Shown piece after piece: positions 11,719-26,085 of a stretch of DNA of 64,000 nt; within the stretch, counting starts at the first letter, position 1; each line of letters starts with the position of its first letter. This DNA comes from Tubulanus polymorphus (taxonomy: Eukaryota > Animalia > Nemertea), in NCBI RefSeq assembly GCF_964204645.1, contig NC_134032.1, positions 16,046,275 to 16,110,274 on the forward strand. The letters run 5' to 3'. Below the pieces are notes generated by a model that saw only the letters and a list, made by a program, of their open reading frames with translations, ran no database searches and was not told the origin of the DNA. The position numbers were made by a program, and so were the translations under genes.

Positions 11719-11976
11719 GACCCAGTTCCACAGTGTGAGTAAGAGTTAACTCAGAGTTAAATTAAGTTCATTTTCCATGAGTTAACTCAGAGTTAAAGTA
11801 AGTTCATTTTCAATGAGTTAACTCAGAGTTAAAGTACCCGGTAAGTTCATTTTCAATGAGTTAACTCAGAGTTAAGATAAGTTCATTTTCAATGAGTTAA
11901 CTCAGAGTTAAAGTAAGTTCATTTTTAATGAGTTAACTCAGAGTCAAATCTTAACTCAGAACTGTGGAACTGGACC
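11719..11976. mobile_element. MITE family B, internally expanded copy
   Basis: CTG-GACCCAGTTCCACAG ... CTGTGGAACTGGACC-CTG; several internal copies of AAGTTCATTTTCAATGAGTTAACTCAGAGTT. Confidence 0.75.
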
Positions 11977-13694
11977 CTGATGTTTCGATCGGGGTATTTT
12001 TGTAAGTCAAGCTTATGGCAACGTAACATGATGTCGTAGTGTTGTGCATGATGTCATAGTGTTGTGCATGATGTCATAGTGTTGTGAATTAAGTTGAAGA
12101 CTAATCTTCCCGATGTAATAGAATCTGTGCACGCTTAGAGTGAAAACGGTCTGAAACAGTTCGTTGCATTGTCTATTTTTTCGACAATCTTCAGGAATTC
12201 CCAAAGATGATTAATCGGATGAAGTGGAAACGTCGAATGAATGTTTTGGACTGTTTTAATTCTTGCGTGGGATTTTATATGATATCTCAACGTGAACGCT
12301 GAGTGAGTGTTTCATCAATAATTATCTCTGTTCACCGTCCATTAAGGTTTTAGTGTCGCTGCGAAGTTTGTTGATGGATTAACCAGTGGTTAAATCCCGG
12401 TCAATACGGCGTAAATTACTCATCAAACCGATGACTTGAATTATAAAAACAAATTTAGACTACGAAAATAGGATAAAGACTTCTGCGAGTTTGACTAATA
12501 GGATGATTTCAAAACTCAGAAATTGCAGTTGTTTTTAGAGGGGGGTTGGACCTCGTCTTGTACGTTCCAAACTTCATGTAGAATATATTTGTATATGTTA
12601 ATGAGTTTATATAGCGAACACCCGGTGTACAATGTCCTAGAAACAATGTCTGCCCCCATTAATTCCCCCTATGACATCATTAATTTGTTAGCAAATTTTT
12701 TACGCTATGTAATAAGGGATTTTTAAAGAGTCAGACATTTGGACGAGGGTTTACAATAGATTTCAATGTTTGATTCATATGGTCAGCGGGTGGATCAGGT
12801 TTTATAGGTATCTGGTTAGAATTTAAGCTTCACGTAGGTGATGCCCTAAAAGTTGGTTTAGTTAAACACTGCATAACACTGATGTCAAGCTGTATATACA
12901 ATATGGTATTCATTCATTTGGGGCCAGTTGAAAGTCAAAATTTGGTCAAGGGTCATTCATTTATGATGTATGCACGCATTGGGGAGAGGGGGTCGGGGTT
13001 ATTGTTAATTGTAATGCTTAATGTACAGGGGGTTGAAAAAAGGGGCTCAAAGCAGTTCTATTTCCTGCTTGCTACTTATAGTTTCGTTGATATTCTCAAC
13101 TTTTATAAGGAGCCTTGCGCTGTGTAAATGACAATTTATCATCATTATCATAAGAATTCAAATTTTATCAAAAGTGATAAATGAATGATCCCTTAAAGAT
13201 TACTCACCAACTTTTGGGAATTTGCAGCCACAGATTGTAACTTAAAGACAACCTTTATGAGCTATTGTAACCTGTTTTATGGGCTGGTATTATCTTTAAC
13301 CCGGGCGCTTACTCAATTGATAATGAATAAAGTTAGCCCTCGGGTTAAAGTTAATACCAGTCTATAAAACGAGACCTTGTGGCGCTGTAAAACCTACAGA
13401 TATCCATGGAACAGAGTCCTGTGTGTTATTGACTTGTTGATGAGGCTATAAATCGTTATGCAATGAACAATTGTTTATAGAATCAGTGCTTCTCTCCCCC
13501 TATTTACCCTCCCACTCTCCCTCCCACTCTCCCTCCCACTCTCCCTCCCACTCGTCCTCCCACTCCTCCTCTTCCTCACTGTTTGTCTATTGTGCATATC
13601 ATTTTTCAATCGGCTGAATTCGGAAATATTGAATAAACTGATTGTTTGTCAGAAGGTGTTTCGTAGGTTGAGGAGGCTTTCATCAACAACACCT

Positions 13695-14095
13695 GTAAAC
13701 ACACATGTAGACACATGTAAACACATGTAGACACATAAACACACATGTAGACACATGTAAACACATGTAGAGACATGTAAACACACATGTAGAGACACAT
13801 GTAAAACACATGTAGACACACATGTGAACACACATGTAATCACATGTAGAGACACATGTAAACACATGTAGACACACATGTAGACACATGTAAACACACA
13901 TGTAGACACATGTAAAACACATGTAATCACATGTAATCACATGTAGAGACACATGTAATCACATGTAGACACACATGTAGAGACACATGTAAACACACAT
14001 GTAGACACATGTAAAACACATGTAAACACATGTAGAGACACATGTAATCACATGTAGACACACATGTAGACACATGTAGACACACATGTAGACAC
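13695..14095. repeat. ACACATGTA-type simple repeat
   Basis: Direct inspection. Confidence 0.9.
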
Positions 14096-14425
14096 TCTTG
14101 TATTATACACTTGTATTTTATGTAAATATCTATACATAGTTTAAATGTATTATTTATTTAATTGTTAGTGGTTTTTTTCACACAGAATTTAGAGATGTGT
14201 TTATGAATAGTTACTGCTGTGGTACTTAGTTTCTAGTTAGTTTTAAATAGTTTTAGAGATCACCGATTGAAAATTAGTTCTCTCAATAACTATTATAGTT
14301 TCACGCTGTTTTGTCGGTCGAGTTTTTGTACCTTTAAAAATAGATCTCGTTTGGGATACAAAGTAAAATTCAGTTATAATCGTCAAAGTTGTGATGATCA
14401 TCATATTGATGACTAATATTTATTA

Positions 14426-14641
14426 CGGTGAACCTCGTTATAACGAACTTCAGGAAATCTGTTTGTCATAACTGATAGTTCTATGTTACAACGAACTTCA
14501 CGGGACCAGAAAATCTGTTCGTTATAACCGATATTTCGTTATTTCCTGTTTGAAATTAATCAATATTCTCTGGGACGAAATCTAGGTTGGTAATAACCGG
14601 TAAATCGTTTTAGTTGAGGTGGTTTTAACGATCTCCCACTG
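14426..14641. mobile_element. Tc1/mariner-type MITE copy (degenerate)
   Basis: TA-CGGTGAACCTCGTTATAACG ... GTTTTAACGATCTCCCACTG-TA; internal AAAATCTGTTCGTTATAACCGATA shared with the 9355 copy. Confidence 0.55.
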
Positions 14642-15780
14642 TACATGGAATTTGAAATACAAATTTAGACTACAGGAAATGTCGCCTAGCGAGTTAGAGA
14701 AGTCTGACAATCTGAATGATTTCCTGGTTTCCAAGTTTGTCAAAAGTTCGAATAGGTCATGTCCGTAAAAGGCAAGGTTCACTGTAATAGGAACAACTTC
14801 AGTGAAATGTGACAACTTATCCAAATGACGACTTCACCCTTCGTTTGACATATTGTCATCATACATGTGGTCAATGGTATCAGTAACGTAACGACCGTAG
14901 AACAACACGATCTTTCTGTTTCTGAATTTAGTATTTTGTATGTTTCTTTTACGTGTGTTATTGCTATCATCTTTATTTATCTTCACTGATTTTATTCACA
15001 CGACTTCGTCTTCTATCCATGGCATAGAAAACAACTTTGAAATTTGAAGGAATAAAAAATCTTTCACATTTTTATTTAAATTTTATGTTTTTTCTTCACT
15101 GCATTTGCTTATTGTGATCGTTGGCTAATATTAAAACACTCTATCTGGTTTATGAATAATGTTTAACCCTCAGGACTCGGTTCCACAGTTGTGAGTTAAG
15201 ATTTGGTTCAGAGTTAACTCGTTGAAAATGAATTCAATTTCATTTTGCGTCAAATCAATAATAATTCAAATATATATATATAAATATAACATGAAAAACA
15301 AATGATTATTGAAATAAAACTTGCAACAATTTTAGAATAAAAGTTGTCTTAAGTGTGAAAAATTCGATCTTGTTACTTTGTTTCTCCCCTCAGTCTCTCT
15401 ACTGTGGTCCAAGAGGGTTCTTTCTCTTCACTGTGGTTCACGTGGGTTCTTTCTACTGTGGTTCACTAGGGTTCATTCACTTCACTGTGGTCCATGAGGG
15501 TTCATTCTCTTCACTGTGGTCCATGAGGGTTCATTCTCTTCACTGTGGTTCACGAGGGTTCATTCGACTGCGGTTCACGAGGGTTCCCTCTCTCATTGTT
15601 CTTGTAATTCCAGCCCGTATGATGTTCACATCGGACTGCAACCAGTGAGTTTATAGTGACTCTCATTGTGATAGGGGTTAGAAGTGGCATAAAGGGGAAA
15701 TTGTGGTCCACGTGGATTCTGTCCACTGTAGCCCACGAGGGTTTGAACTTAAGCGTGGTTCTGACTTAACTTCATGTGAA

Positions 15781-15979
15781 CGCCGCCTGGTGGATCTTCC
15801 ATTGGAAAAGTAATTTTACTCAAACGATCTGACCACCTACAACGCCATCTACTAGACCATATAGCATAGTCTCTTGTCCCCATTGACCCACTCCCTAGCG
15901 CCCCCTCACGGATACTAAACTGCCACAGTAACGTTTGTTAGCCCAGGACGACCAACTTCACACTAGCGCCACCTCTCGG
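15781..15979 (-). promoter_or_regulatory. Cluster of four co-oriented CTCF-like motifs
   Basis: Minus strand CCACCAGGCGGCG (15781-15793), CTAGTAGATGGCGT (15842-15855), CCGTGAGGGGGCGCT (15897-15911), CCGAGAGGTGGCGCT (15965-15979). Confidence 0.5.
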
Positions 15980-16717
15980 ACCTAAGATTGCTGCAATGGC
16001 GGCACAGATCTCTCGGTTCTCAACAAAACTATATTCATCAGCGTCGTTTCATGGTTAGATTTATTTACCGCAAAAAAAAATACATCCACAATCACAATAG
16101 TCTCGTGATCGAGTGCGTTCGAACCCCGAAATACATCGATTAATTATTATTTAGTATAGCAGAAAAATAACACTATAAAATGAAATTGTATTTTGGTACG
16201 ATACAATAATACATGACATAACACGAATTAAGCAGATCTCACGTTGGACGAAAAATATTCCTTTTTTTTATTCATACATTGAAAAAAGAAATAATTGCAA
16301 TGTGTATCAGAGGTCTATTCATTTCGGAAAACATCTCTTTATATGCAATGTACGCGTGTTTACCATCACCAGGATAGTCCGTTCAACTTCATATGAGCTC
16401 TGTCTCAAATATAGCTCAACAATTCAGCAAAGATTTTACACTTATATATAATACATGACACGTGATTCTTGTCACCCGTAAATGACGTAAGCGATGGATC
16501 AATAATTTTGTAACGAATGCCGTATCTGCACTTCACCGATAAATCCTGAAACGCGACAGGAGAGTAGAACTCGAGGCTCCCAGGTTGGGACTCGAGGGAA
16601 CGCTTTCAGCTGGGAATCGTGAGTCTTCTATTCAAGATTCAATGTTTGAAGAAGCTGTGTGTTGCTTGTAGGGGATCGATTCAGCTAGAGCCCATCCCGA
16701 GGATACTGGAGGAGTTC

Positions 16718-17204
16718 CCCAGTTCCACTGTTGTGAGTTAACTCTGAACTCAGGACTCAGTTCCACAATTGTGTGAGTTTGAGTTAACTGTGAACTCATG
16801 ATTCAGTTCCACAGTTGTGAGAGTTAGAGTTAACTGTGAACTCAGGATCCAGTTCCACAGTTGTGAGAGTTAGAGTTAACTGTGAACTCAGGATCCAGTT
16901 CCACAGTTGTGAGTTAGAGTTAACTCTGAACTCAGCCAGTTCCACAGTTGTGAATTAGAATTAACTCTGAGTTAAAATCAGAATCAGTTTTTTCTTTCAA
17001 TAAGTCAAATAAATGAGTCAAATAAATAACTAAACTTGGACCAGGAAATCGTAAAACTGGGACCAGGAAACTGGGATTACAAAGTATATTCTTCAGGGTC
17101 CAGTTCCACAGTTCTGAGTTAAGATTTGACTCTGAGTTAACTCATTGAAAATGAACTAACTTTAACTCTGAGTTAACTCTAACTCATGACTGTGGAACTG
17201 GGTC
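16718..17204. mobile_element. MITE family B: tandem half-elements plus one full 108-bp copy (17097-17204)
   Basis: CAG-GGTCCAGTTCCACAG ... CTGTGGAACTGGGTC-CAG with perfect CAG duplication. Confidence 0.8.
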
Positions 17205-17274
17205 CAGTTTTTTTATCGGCGGGGGGAGGGGCGTTCTCTGGGTTCATCCGCAGAGTGATAGATAGTCTCTCGGT

Positions 17275-17820
17275 TCATCCGTTTGTGGTGATCTTAATAA
17301 TTAACGCGATCAACAATCCGATTACGACCAGTACAGTGATTACAGTGATCACCTGCGCGAATCTATTCGGTTCTAAGATGATGTTGTAATCTTCGGTTTG
17401 GTTTTCGGAATCAGCCTCGTCAGTTCCGGTTGTACTTCCCAGCGTCGCTAACGAATTCGAACCGCCGCCTTTCTAAAAATAGAACATTCGAAATATCGAT
17501 TATTTGTCAGTTCGATAAAAAAAATCGATCGATCGATCCCCTGAAAACAAAATGGTGGTTATCATCGCGTGAAACCCCCCTGACATCATCAGCCTGCACT
17601 CTTCCCCCTATGACATCACCAAGCGGTGACGTAGATAAACTTTGACCCCTTTTAAACTTTGGTTAAATTGTATTATTCTATGAAGTTCATAAATTAGTGC
17701 AAAAATCACAAAAATGTGAATTCTAAGTCACACGTAACCCTAACATCGTAAATCTCCGATTCCAGATCGCCAGCCGAGCACGCTTACCACAAGTTGTTCA
17801 AAAGTTGAGCAAGACAGCAG
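17275..17820 (-). CDS. Candidate terminal exons of an uncharacterised gene, encoding a C-terminal transmembrane helix
   Basis: Mini-exon 17820-17788 (LLSCSTFEQLV|GTAAGC, phase 0) plus exon 17472-17275 (KGGGSNSL...EPNRFAQVITVITVLVVIGLLIALIIKITTNG*). Confidence 0.5.
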
Positions 17821-17857
17821 CTGCAGCCCGAAACCAACCCACTAACCCTAACCCTAG

Positions 17858-17920
17858 CAGGACTCGAACCAAGAGCCTGCAGCATGACAGTCAAGCACGC
17901 TAACCACTAGACCATAGACC
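17858..17920 (-). mobile_element. tRNA-derived SINE head
   Basis: Minus strand TGGTCTAGTGGTTAGCGTGCTTGACTGTCATGCTGCAGGCTCTTGGTTCGAGTCC, followed by TAGGGTTAGGGTTAG. Confidence 0.55.
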
Positions 17921-17957
17921 AGTAGTGACTCACTGAGTTTGTAAGTTTGTCTGGTCA

Positions 17958-18865
17958 GTGTGGTGACTGGTGACCGGTCAGGTGTGGTGACTGGTGATCA
18001 GTCAGGTGTGGTTACTGGTGATCAGTCAGGTGTGGTAACTGGTGTCCAGTCAGGTGTGGTTACTGGTGACCAGTCAGGTGTGGTGACTGGTGACCAGTCA
18101 GGTGTGGTGACTGGTGACCAGTCAGGTGTGGTGACTGGTGACCAGTCAGGTGTGGTGACTGGTGATCAGTCAGGTGTGGTTACTGGTGATCAGTCAGGTG
18201 TGGTAACTGGTGTCCAGTCAGGTGTGGTTACTGGTGACCAGTCAGGTGTGGTGACTGGTGACCAGTCAGGTGTGGTGACTGGTGACCAGTCAGGTGTGGT
18301 GACTGGTGACCAGTCAGGTGTGTTGACTGGTGACCAGTCAGGTGTGGTGACTGGTGACCGGTCAGGTGTGGTGACTGACGCCAGTCAGGTGTGGTGACCG
18401 GTGACCAGTCAGGTGTGTTGACCGGTGACCAGTCAGGTGTGGTGACTGGTGACCAGTCAGGCGTGGTGACTGGTGACCAGTCAGGTGTGGTGACTGGTGA
18501 CCGGTCAGACGTGGTGACTGGTCACCAGTCAGGTGTGGTGACTGGTGACCAGTCAGGTGTGGTGACTGGTGACCGGTCAGACGTGGTGACTGGTCACCAG
18601 TCAGGTGTGGTGACTGGTGACCGGTCAGGCGTGGTTACTGGTCACCAGTCAGGTGTGGTGACTGGTGACCGGTCAGGCGTGGTTACTGGTCACCAGTCAG
18701 GTGTGGTAACTGGTGACCAGTCAGGCGTGGTGACTGGTGACCGGTCAGGCGTGGTTACTGGTCACCAGTCAGGTGTGGTAACTGGTGACCAGTCAGGCGT
18801 GGTGACTGGTCACCAGTCAGGTGTGGTGACTGGTGACCAGTCAGGTGTGGTTACTGGTGTCCAAT
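17958..18865. repeat. 24-bp minisatellite, ~38 copies
   Basis: GTGGTGACTGGTGACCAGTCAGGT; source of spurious VVTGDQSG ORFs. Confidence 0.95.
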
Positions 18866-19221
18866 GAGGTGATGTGTATATTCACTAACCAGCTATCATT
18901 CTGGGCTCTGATTACAACAGCAAGTTCCAATCATCAAAAGTAAAGGATATGAATGTGTATTTCATACATTTCGCTATTAAATTAAATCATCCGATGTCTG
19001 GTGTGTTACAGGATTGTACCATTCATCCAGATATGCCTCGTCGCCTTGGTAATGAGCCATTGTATATCGTATCACAAATCGCCTTACGGCTTCTTCAACT
19101 GGGAGAAAATTAATCTTTCAATTCCTAGATTTTTCTTTACGACGTTTATCAAACGTCTGAGGAAATACGTGTCTCCAATGAGTATAGAATTTGACTCAGA
19201 AGTGAAATAAACAAATTTATA

Positions 19222-19585
19222 ACTGTGGAACTGGATCCTGAGTTCACAGTTAACTCTAACTCACACAACTGTTGAACTGGATCCTGAGTTCACAGTTAAC
19301 TCTAACTCACAACTGTGGAACTGGATCCTGAGTTCAGAGTTAACTCTAACTCACAACTGTGGAACTGGATCCTGAGTTCAGAGTTAACTCTAGTGGAACT
19401 GGATCCTGAGTTCAGAGTTAACTCTAGTGGAACTGGATCCTGAGTTCAGAGTAAACTCTATCTCACTACTGTAGAACTGGATCCTGAGTTCAGAGTTTAC
19501 TCTATCTCACAACTGTGGAACTGGGTCCTGAGTTCAGAGTTTACTCTTTCTCACAACTGTGGAACTGGGTCCTGAGTTCAGAGTT
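19222..19585. repeat. Tandem array of MITE family B termini
   Basis: Repeats of AACTGTGGAACTGGATCCTGAGTTCAGAGTTAACTCTAACTCAC. Confidence 0.85.
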
Positions 19586-20414
19586 AGTCTACTAGAACTC
19601 ATCGGTACCGAGTAAGGAGATTGTATCTCCTGTGTTAGCGTGATCAACTTTGTCTGCTAGCTGTAGATTTTGCTCTGTAATTACTAACTGTTCCAACGGT
19701 GCAAAATAGCGGATAAATCCAGCATTAGTATTCTATCGATGTCCTATTGTACCAGCCAGTTACTTATGTACGGCTTAATTATATAATTCATTAAACTACC
19801 ACCCACTTGTGTCACGCAATCACCTTACGACGATCTATTCTATCACTAATATTGTCGTGCATGGGCAGATCTAGGATTTTCCATGGGGGGGGGGGGGAGG
19901 GGGTGTCCAATGAGAAAAAGGGTTCTATTAACGAAACACCACGTACCCCATCCCCCCCCCCCCCGGTACTCCGGATACTTCTACACCATTTTAGGGGGTG
20001 CTTTCGGTCATTTCATGCCTTGAAAACATTATCATAGGTGGAAAACCTTGGTCATAAAATTTTCGGGTGACATTTTTGAGGGCACTTTAAATTTAAGGGG
20101 GGTCCGGACACCCTGACATCCCCCTAAAACTACCCCTGTCGTGTAGAATATAGTACCGTTCACAGGCCAGGAAGAGGACAGTGATAATATACTGAACTGG
20201 TTGAAATTGAAGAAGTCCCAGCTGCTGCTGCTGCTGCGACTGTTAACTGCTCCCGGAATCGCTCAATAATTATAGCACTTATTGATATAGTAGCCATTAG
20301 CAACTAATCAGCATAATGTGATCGTCTGGCGAGTGAGTGAGATATCAATATCGTTTTGATAGTTATAATGATAATCCAGTTCACCATGCTACAGAACTCA
20401 GTGGGGGGTATAAA

Positions 20415-20865
20415 AACATAGAACTAAAACGAGACTGTCATAAATTGTTAGATTGGCTATAGAACTAAAATGAGCTTAGACTGGTTTTAAGTTGTTAGTT
20501 TGGTTATAGAACTAAAATGAGCTAAGACTGGTCTTAAGTTGTAAGATTGGTTATAGAACTAAAATGAGTTTAGACTGATCTTAAGTTGTTAGATTGGCTA
20601 TAGAACCAAAATGAGTTTAGACTGGTTTTAAGTTGTTAGTTTGGTTATAGAACTAAAATGAGCTAAGACTGGTCTTAAGTTGTAAGATTGGTTATAGAAC
20701 TAAAATGAGTTTAGACTGGTCTTAAGTTGTAGATTGGTTATAGAACCAAAATGAGTTTAGACTGGTCTCAAGTTGTAGATTGACTATAGAACCAAAATGA
20801 GCTCAGACTGGTCTTGTTAGATTTGCTATAGAACTAAAGAGTGAGCTTTTATACTGGTCTAAAAT
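20415..20865. repeat. Tandem amplification of the MITE family A internal segment
   Basis: ~50-bp unit AGACTGGTCTTAAGTTGTTAGATTGGTTATAGAACTAAAATGAG, about 8 copies. Confidence 0.85.
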
Positions 20866-21227
20866 CAAGGCCTGACAATATAAATGTAACTGATGTTTAC
20901 ATCACAGATTATTTCGGTTTTTTGTGAGTTCATTGTGTGATCATCTGTAACGGTTTTGTGCGTAGATAATGCGTTCTTATTCTGCTGCGCACCTTAAAAC
21001 CCAAACATGACACGAACGAATCTGCAAATTCATGGATTAATAAACACGCCCTAAAGCGGCACGGCGGCGCACGGCATCGGCAGCAGCCGTACCCATTAGC
21101 AACCGTGTCAGTTGAATCATCACGTGGAAAAAATACAACAAAAAACAATTAACGAATGTACGTGTGGCAGTGAACTCATTACAGTAACTACAGAGACTGG
21201 GTCGTAAATTATATAGACTGTTATAAA

Positions 21228-21510
21228 CACCCCTTCACACGATCTGGAGCCACCCCTTCACACAATCTGTAGTTTGGAGCCACCCCTTCACACAATCTGT
21301 AGTTTGGAGCCATCCTCTTCGCACAATCTGTAGTTTGGAGCCATCCTCTTTGCACAATCTGTAGTTTGGAGCCATCCCATTCACACGATCTGTAGTTTGG
21401 AGCCACCCCTTCACACGATCTGTAGTCTGGAGCCACCCCTTCACACAATCTGTAGTTTGGAGCCATCCCATTCACATGATCTGTAGTCTGGAGCAATCCC
21501 ATTCACACAA
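21228..21510. repeat. 30-31-bp minisatellite
   Basis: TCTGTAGTTTGGAGCCACCCCTTCACACAA, about 9 copies. Confidence 0.9.
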
Positions 21511-22454
21511 TACCCTGGACTATCATTTTTCACGCATTTGTCACACAATCATTTTTCAATTAAAAATGTCTCAGGTGAAGCCATGAACACATGTGAAGTG
21601 TGGACGATCAGTTTTTGAGAGTGTGCTGATAAAATGTCTAATGTCTGGTGTTTGTAGTTCATTTTCAATTAAAAATGTCTCAGGTGAAGCACTGAACACA
21701 TGTGAAGTGTGGACAATCAGTTTTTGAAAGTGTTCCGATAAAATGTCTAATATCTGGTATTTGTAGTTTGTAGTTCATCTGAAATGTTTGATGTGTGGAA
21801 TGTATGACAAAACTGAGAAAAGGAAAACGTAAAACTAAAATTAAAAGAGAAAAGAAACGCGCAGCAGGGAGTGTTAAATCTCGCGCTGAACGCAAACCAT
21901 CAATCATAAACTATCAAACAAACAGAAAAAAATAAACCAGAGATCATTTCAATAATTAAACTTAAAAGTTACCCTCATTATTGAAACATCACGTGCGAAA
22001 ACAACAGTTCCTAATGAAACTCCTTCCGTTGATTGTCGTCGTTTGGTTTTTTTTTTCAAACGTTCTGTAATACATCCATGTCGTGATGGTAGCAGGCAGC
22101 GTGTAGCGGGTTCTGGTGACTGCGCGCGGGTACTTTCAGTTTTATATAATACTGTATTATCTTGTGAACAGAGCGAATCCATCAGTTCATTAATCGCGCT
22201 ATCATTGTGACGACTCTGCGGCGATCACTCCGAAACTCATCGCGTTTTAAAGTTTTAATTGAGCGTTAATTCAGCAACAACAAAGTATCGTGTATTACAT
22301 TATGGCCTACAACTGCGCATGCGCCGTTTAAATCGCGCAGAAACTAGCCATTTGTTTATCACCTAATCATCGGATTAGGATTAGGATTAGGATTAGGGTC
22401 GTTAATCTTATTGCTTTTGCTTATTGAGTGGTTTGGATACGGACACGGTGTGTC

Positions 22455-23008
22455 GAGGACTGACTGCGACCCACCGCCCTCCAGAGAACAGACTGCGACC
22501 CAGAGGACAGACTGCGACCCACCGCCCTGCAGAGGACTGACTGCGACCCACCGCCCTGCAGAGGACTGACTGCGACCCACCGCCCTGCAGAGAACAGACT
22601 GCAACCCATCGCCCTGCAGAGGACTGACTGCGACCCATCGCCCTGCAGAGAACAGACTGCGACCCACCGCCCTGCAGAGAACAGACTGCGACCCACCGCC
22701 CTGCAGAGGACTGACTGCGACCCATCGCCCTGCACAGGACTGACTGCGACCCACCGCCCTGCAGAGGACTGACTGCGACCCACCGCCCTGCAGAGAACAG
22801 ACTGCGACCCATCGCCCTGCAGAGAACAGACTGCGACCCACCGCCCTGCAGAGGACTGACTGCGACCCATCGCCCTGCACAGGACTGACTGCGACCCACC
22901 GCCCTGCAGAGGACTGACTGCGACCCACCGCCCTGCAGAGAACAGACTGCGACCCACCGCCCTGCAGAGAACGAGAACAGACTGCTACCCACCGCCCTGC
23001 AGAGGACT
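22455..23008. repeat. 29-bp GC-rich minisatellite
   Basis: GAGGACTGACTGCGACCCACCGCCCTGCA, about 19 copies. Confidence 0.92.
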
Positions 23009-24673
23009 TCCGGTCAGCTGTTCGTTTCCGCCATTGCCACCGTTAAATCAGCCCTCCGGCCAGAATTCGAAAGATACAGCGCTGGTTCACTCAGCAAAAA
23101 AGGAGGCGATGTGTGTGCAACCTATATCATTCATCTTGAATTAGCGAGTAGTTTAATATCGCAAACTTGTTAAAAATCTTCTCGCACATTATAGCCATGG
23201 TTACGGGTTATCATTGCCGTAACGTGTTTGAAGGTCACCCTACGACATGCCAGGACGGCAGCCGACACCGGCGTAACGAGACTTTACCGATAGTTTGAGA
23301 GCGCCGCCGCATCGACTCGCGAAACAGGCAACGGCAAATATTAAACTCGATTTAAACAAACATAAACATCCGCGGTGTTTACATCCAGTGAGAGATATCG
23401 ATCGATCAGCTGAGTGATAATGTAAGTGATCCCTAGTCGACCTAGACACGCCATCTGTCGGTGTATCGCTACATCACGATTTGGCTTATTGAATTCAACC
23501 TATTTGACCATACATTTTGAGGTGTCGTCCAAGACACATGGACGATTTGAGTTCTTGGAGTAACCCTACTCTTGGAAATTCTTCAATTCTGATGCCTCTT
23601 GTTTTAGACACATTTTTATAGTACACTTGACCCCTTTCTGCACCCCTGTCTTCCCATTGAAGTCAAAGATAATTTAATCCGGAAAATGTGAAACTCGTCC
23701 TTTAGGAAATTTGGCATATTTTTGGATGTTTCTTTTCAAAATACATCTTATAATGACTCGGGTGGGACCCTGATTGTGGCCCATGAAATGTTTGCTTTCA
23801 TCTAAAAAAAATACCCTGTCTTCTGGACCCCGGTCTCCCAAATTTCCTAGATCCGCCCCTGTTTAGCGTTCACTCCGTTGCCTTTCAGAAATAATCATAC
23901 GCGGGGAACTCATCCAACCACTGGCATGCGAGGAAGATAAACATTACGAAACCGTAATCAATCTTCAAATCTTTTTTTTTTATCGGACCCGTTCTCTGCG
24001 GGGAAGTTAAATATTTAATCAATAACAAGCAAACATTGCCGCAACGAGAGGATATTTCCGGTTCCACAATGCAACGGCAAATTTCAAAAAACGACCGTTA
24101 AAAACCGACTTCCGGTCGCCAGCCGATCGATCGAAGTATTTATGCAAATGAGCCACCGTTATATTTGAAATTCCGTACCCTCGATACGGTTACTGTTGGT
24201 ATTAACAAAATTGGAAAACTGCCAGCGATAAGCAATCATATTTCTATTAGATTTAATATTGCAATAACGAGGCGAAGAGAAAGCTGCCGTTATCACACAG
24301 TCTAATCGCTGTGGGGGGGGGGGGGGGGGGGGTGGAAGAGAAAGCTGCCGTTATCACACAGTCTAATCACTGGGGGGGGGGGGGGTTGGAAGAGGAAGCT
24401 GCCGTTATCACACAGTCTAATCGCTGTGGGTGTGTGGGGAGGGGAGTGGGCCGAAGAGAGAGCTACCACAGTCTGTGTGTTTTATGGTCTCCGCGATACT
24501 CTATCCCAGTTCAGTCTGAATCAAGGTGGGTGGGGAGGAGGGCTCCGAGAAATTCTATCCCAGTCGTGTCTAAATTGAGGTGGGTGGGGGAGGAACCGGC
24601 GTGTTTTATGGTAAAACTGAATCAGTATATGCTATAATTGAAGTAACGTCATCATATTATTATTCTACCACTC

Positions 24674-24786
<113 letters not shown>

Positions 24787-25251
24787 GTTTAAACGTCTGA
24801 TTTACGTCGTCACCTAGCAGCCGCAACAATTACCGCTATTCTCCCGCCACAATTATATCTTTTCATTAAAATCTAATGATTATCAATGATTGTTGATTCA
24901 ATGATTTTATGACAATCTCCCCGTCTGTCTCCGTCACTCTCCGTCTATCTCCGTCACTCTCCGTCTATCTCCGTCACTCTCCGTCACTCTCCGTCTGTCT
25001 CCGCCTGTTTCCGTCACTCTCCGGCTCTCTCCGTCACTCTCCGTCTCCGCTCGGAGAAACGTACCTCCTCTGCGCTAACGCGGAATTTCTAAAATTCTTA
25101 GGGCAGCTCCTCAGAGCGATTTTAAAAGAATTTTAAAAGAGAACACGGTTCTCATTGGACAATTGACGCAGTCCTCACCAAAATATAAACTAAACATTTG
25201 CGCTGATAAAAACCCTTCGTGCAAAAATTCACAACAGCCAGAAAGCCTTAA

Positions 25252-25312
25252 GGCTTCGAACCCGGGACCTGCAACACGCCAGTCGAGCATGATAACCACT
25301 AGACCATAGTCC
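25252..25312 (-). mobile_element. tRNA-derived SINE head
   Basis: Minus strand GGGACTATGGTCTAGTGGTTATCATGCTCGACTGGCGTGTTGCAGGTCCCGGGTTCGAAGCC (A and B boxes). Confidence 0.55.
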
Positions 25313-25746
25313 CGAGGCAATAGACTCGGATTGTAAGTTTGGCTGGTCAGCGTGGTGACTAACAATACCAGCTATATCAGTATCTGCTGATATAGCACTA
25401 TATCTCATGTTCACGTCATCTCCGGACTAATATTGTCACAATGTGGAAAATAAAACATCATTTAACTATACAAACACGGTTTATCTGACTATAGATGAGG
25501 TCAATAGAATTGATTTCCCTATAGGGCAGTGACTTGTTCATTATATACTCAACAGCTAATTGATTCCGACTGTCAATCCCCAATATAGCCCCCACGGTAA
25601 ACTGTCACTTTAGTATATTACAGCATAGGTAGTTTAAGCATCCACTATGGCTATCAGGCAGTCAGTTAACAAATACAGCTATCAGGCAGTCAGTTAACAA
25701 ATACAGCCATCAGGCAGTCAGTTAACAAATATAGCCATCAGGCAGC

Positions 25747-26085
<339 letters not shown>

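Noticed and set aside
17960-18867. VVTGDQSG-repeat ORFs resembling antifreeze or ice-nucleation repeats
   Set aside because: 24-bp minisatellite with a frameshift between the two ORFs, no ATG start, signal peptide or supporting splice sites.
22372-22398. Telomere or interstitial telomeric array
   Set aside because: Only a few degenerate GGATTA/TTAGGG units, associated with dispersed repeats.
22359-22992. Three overlapping minus-strand ORFs
   Set aside because: 29-bp minisatellite open in all three frames.
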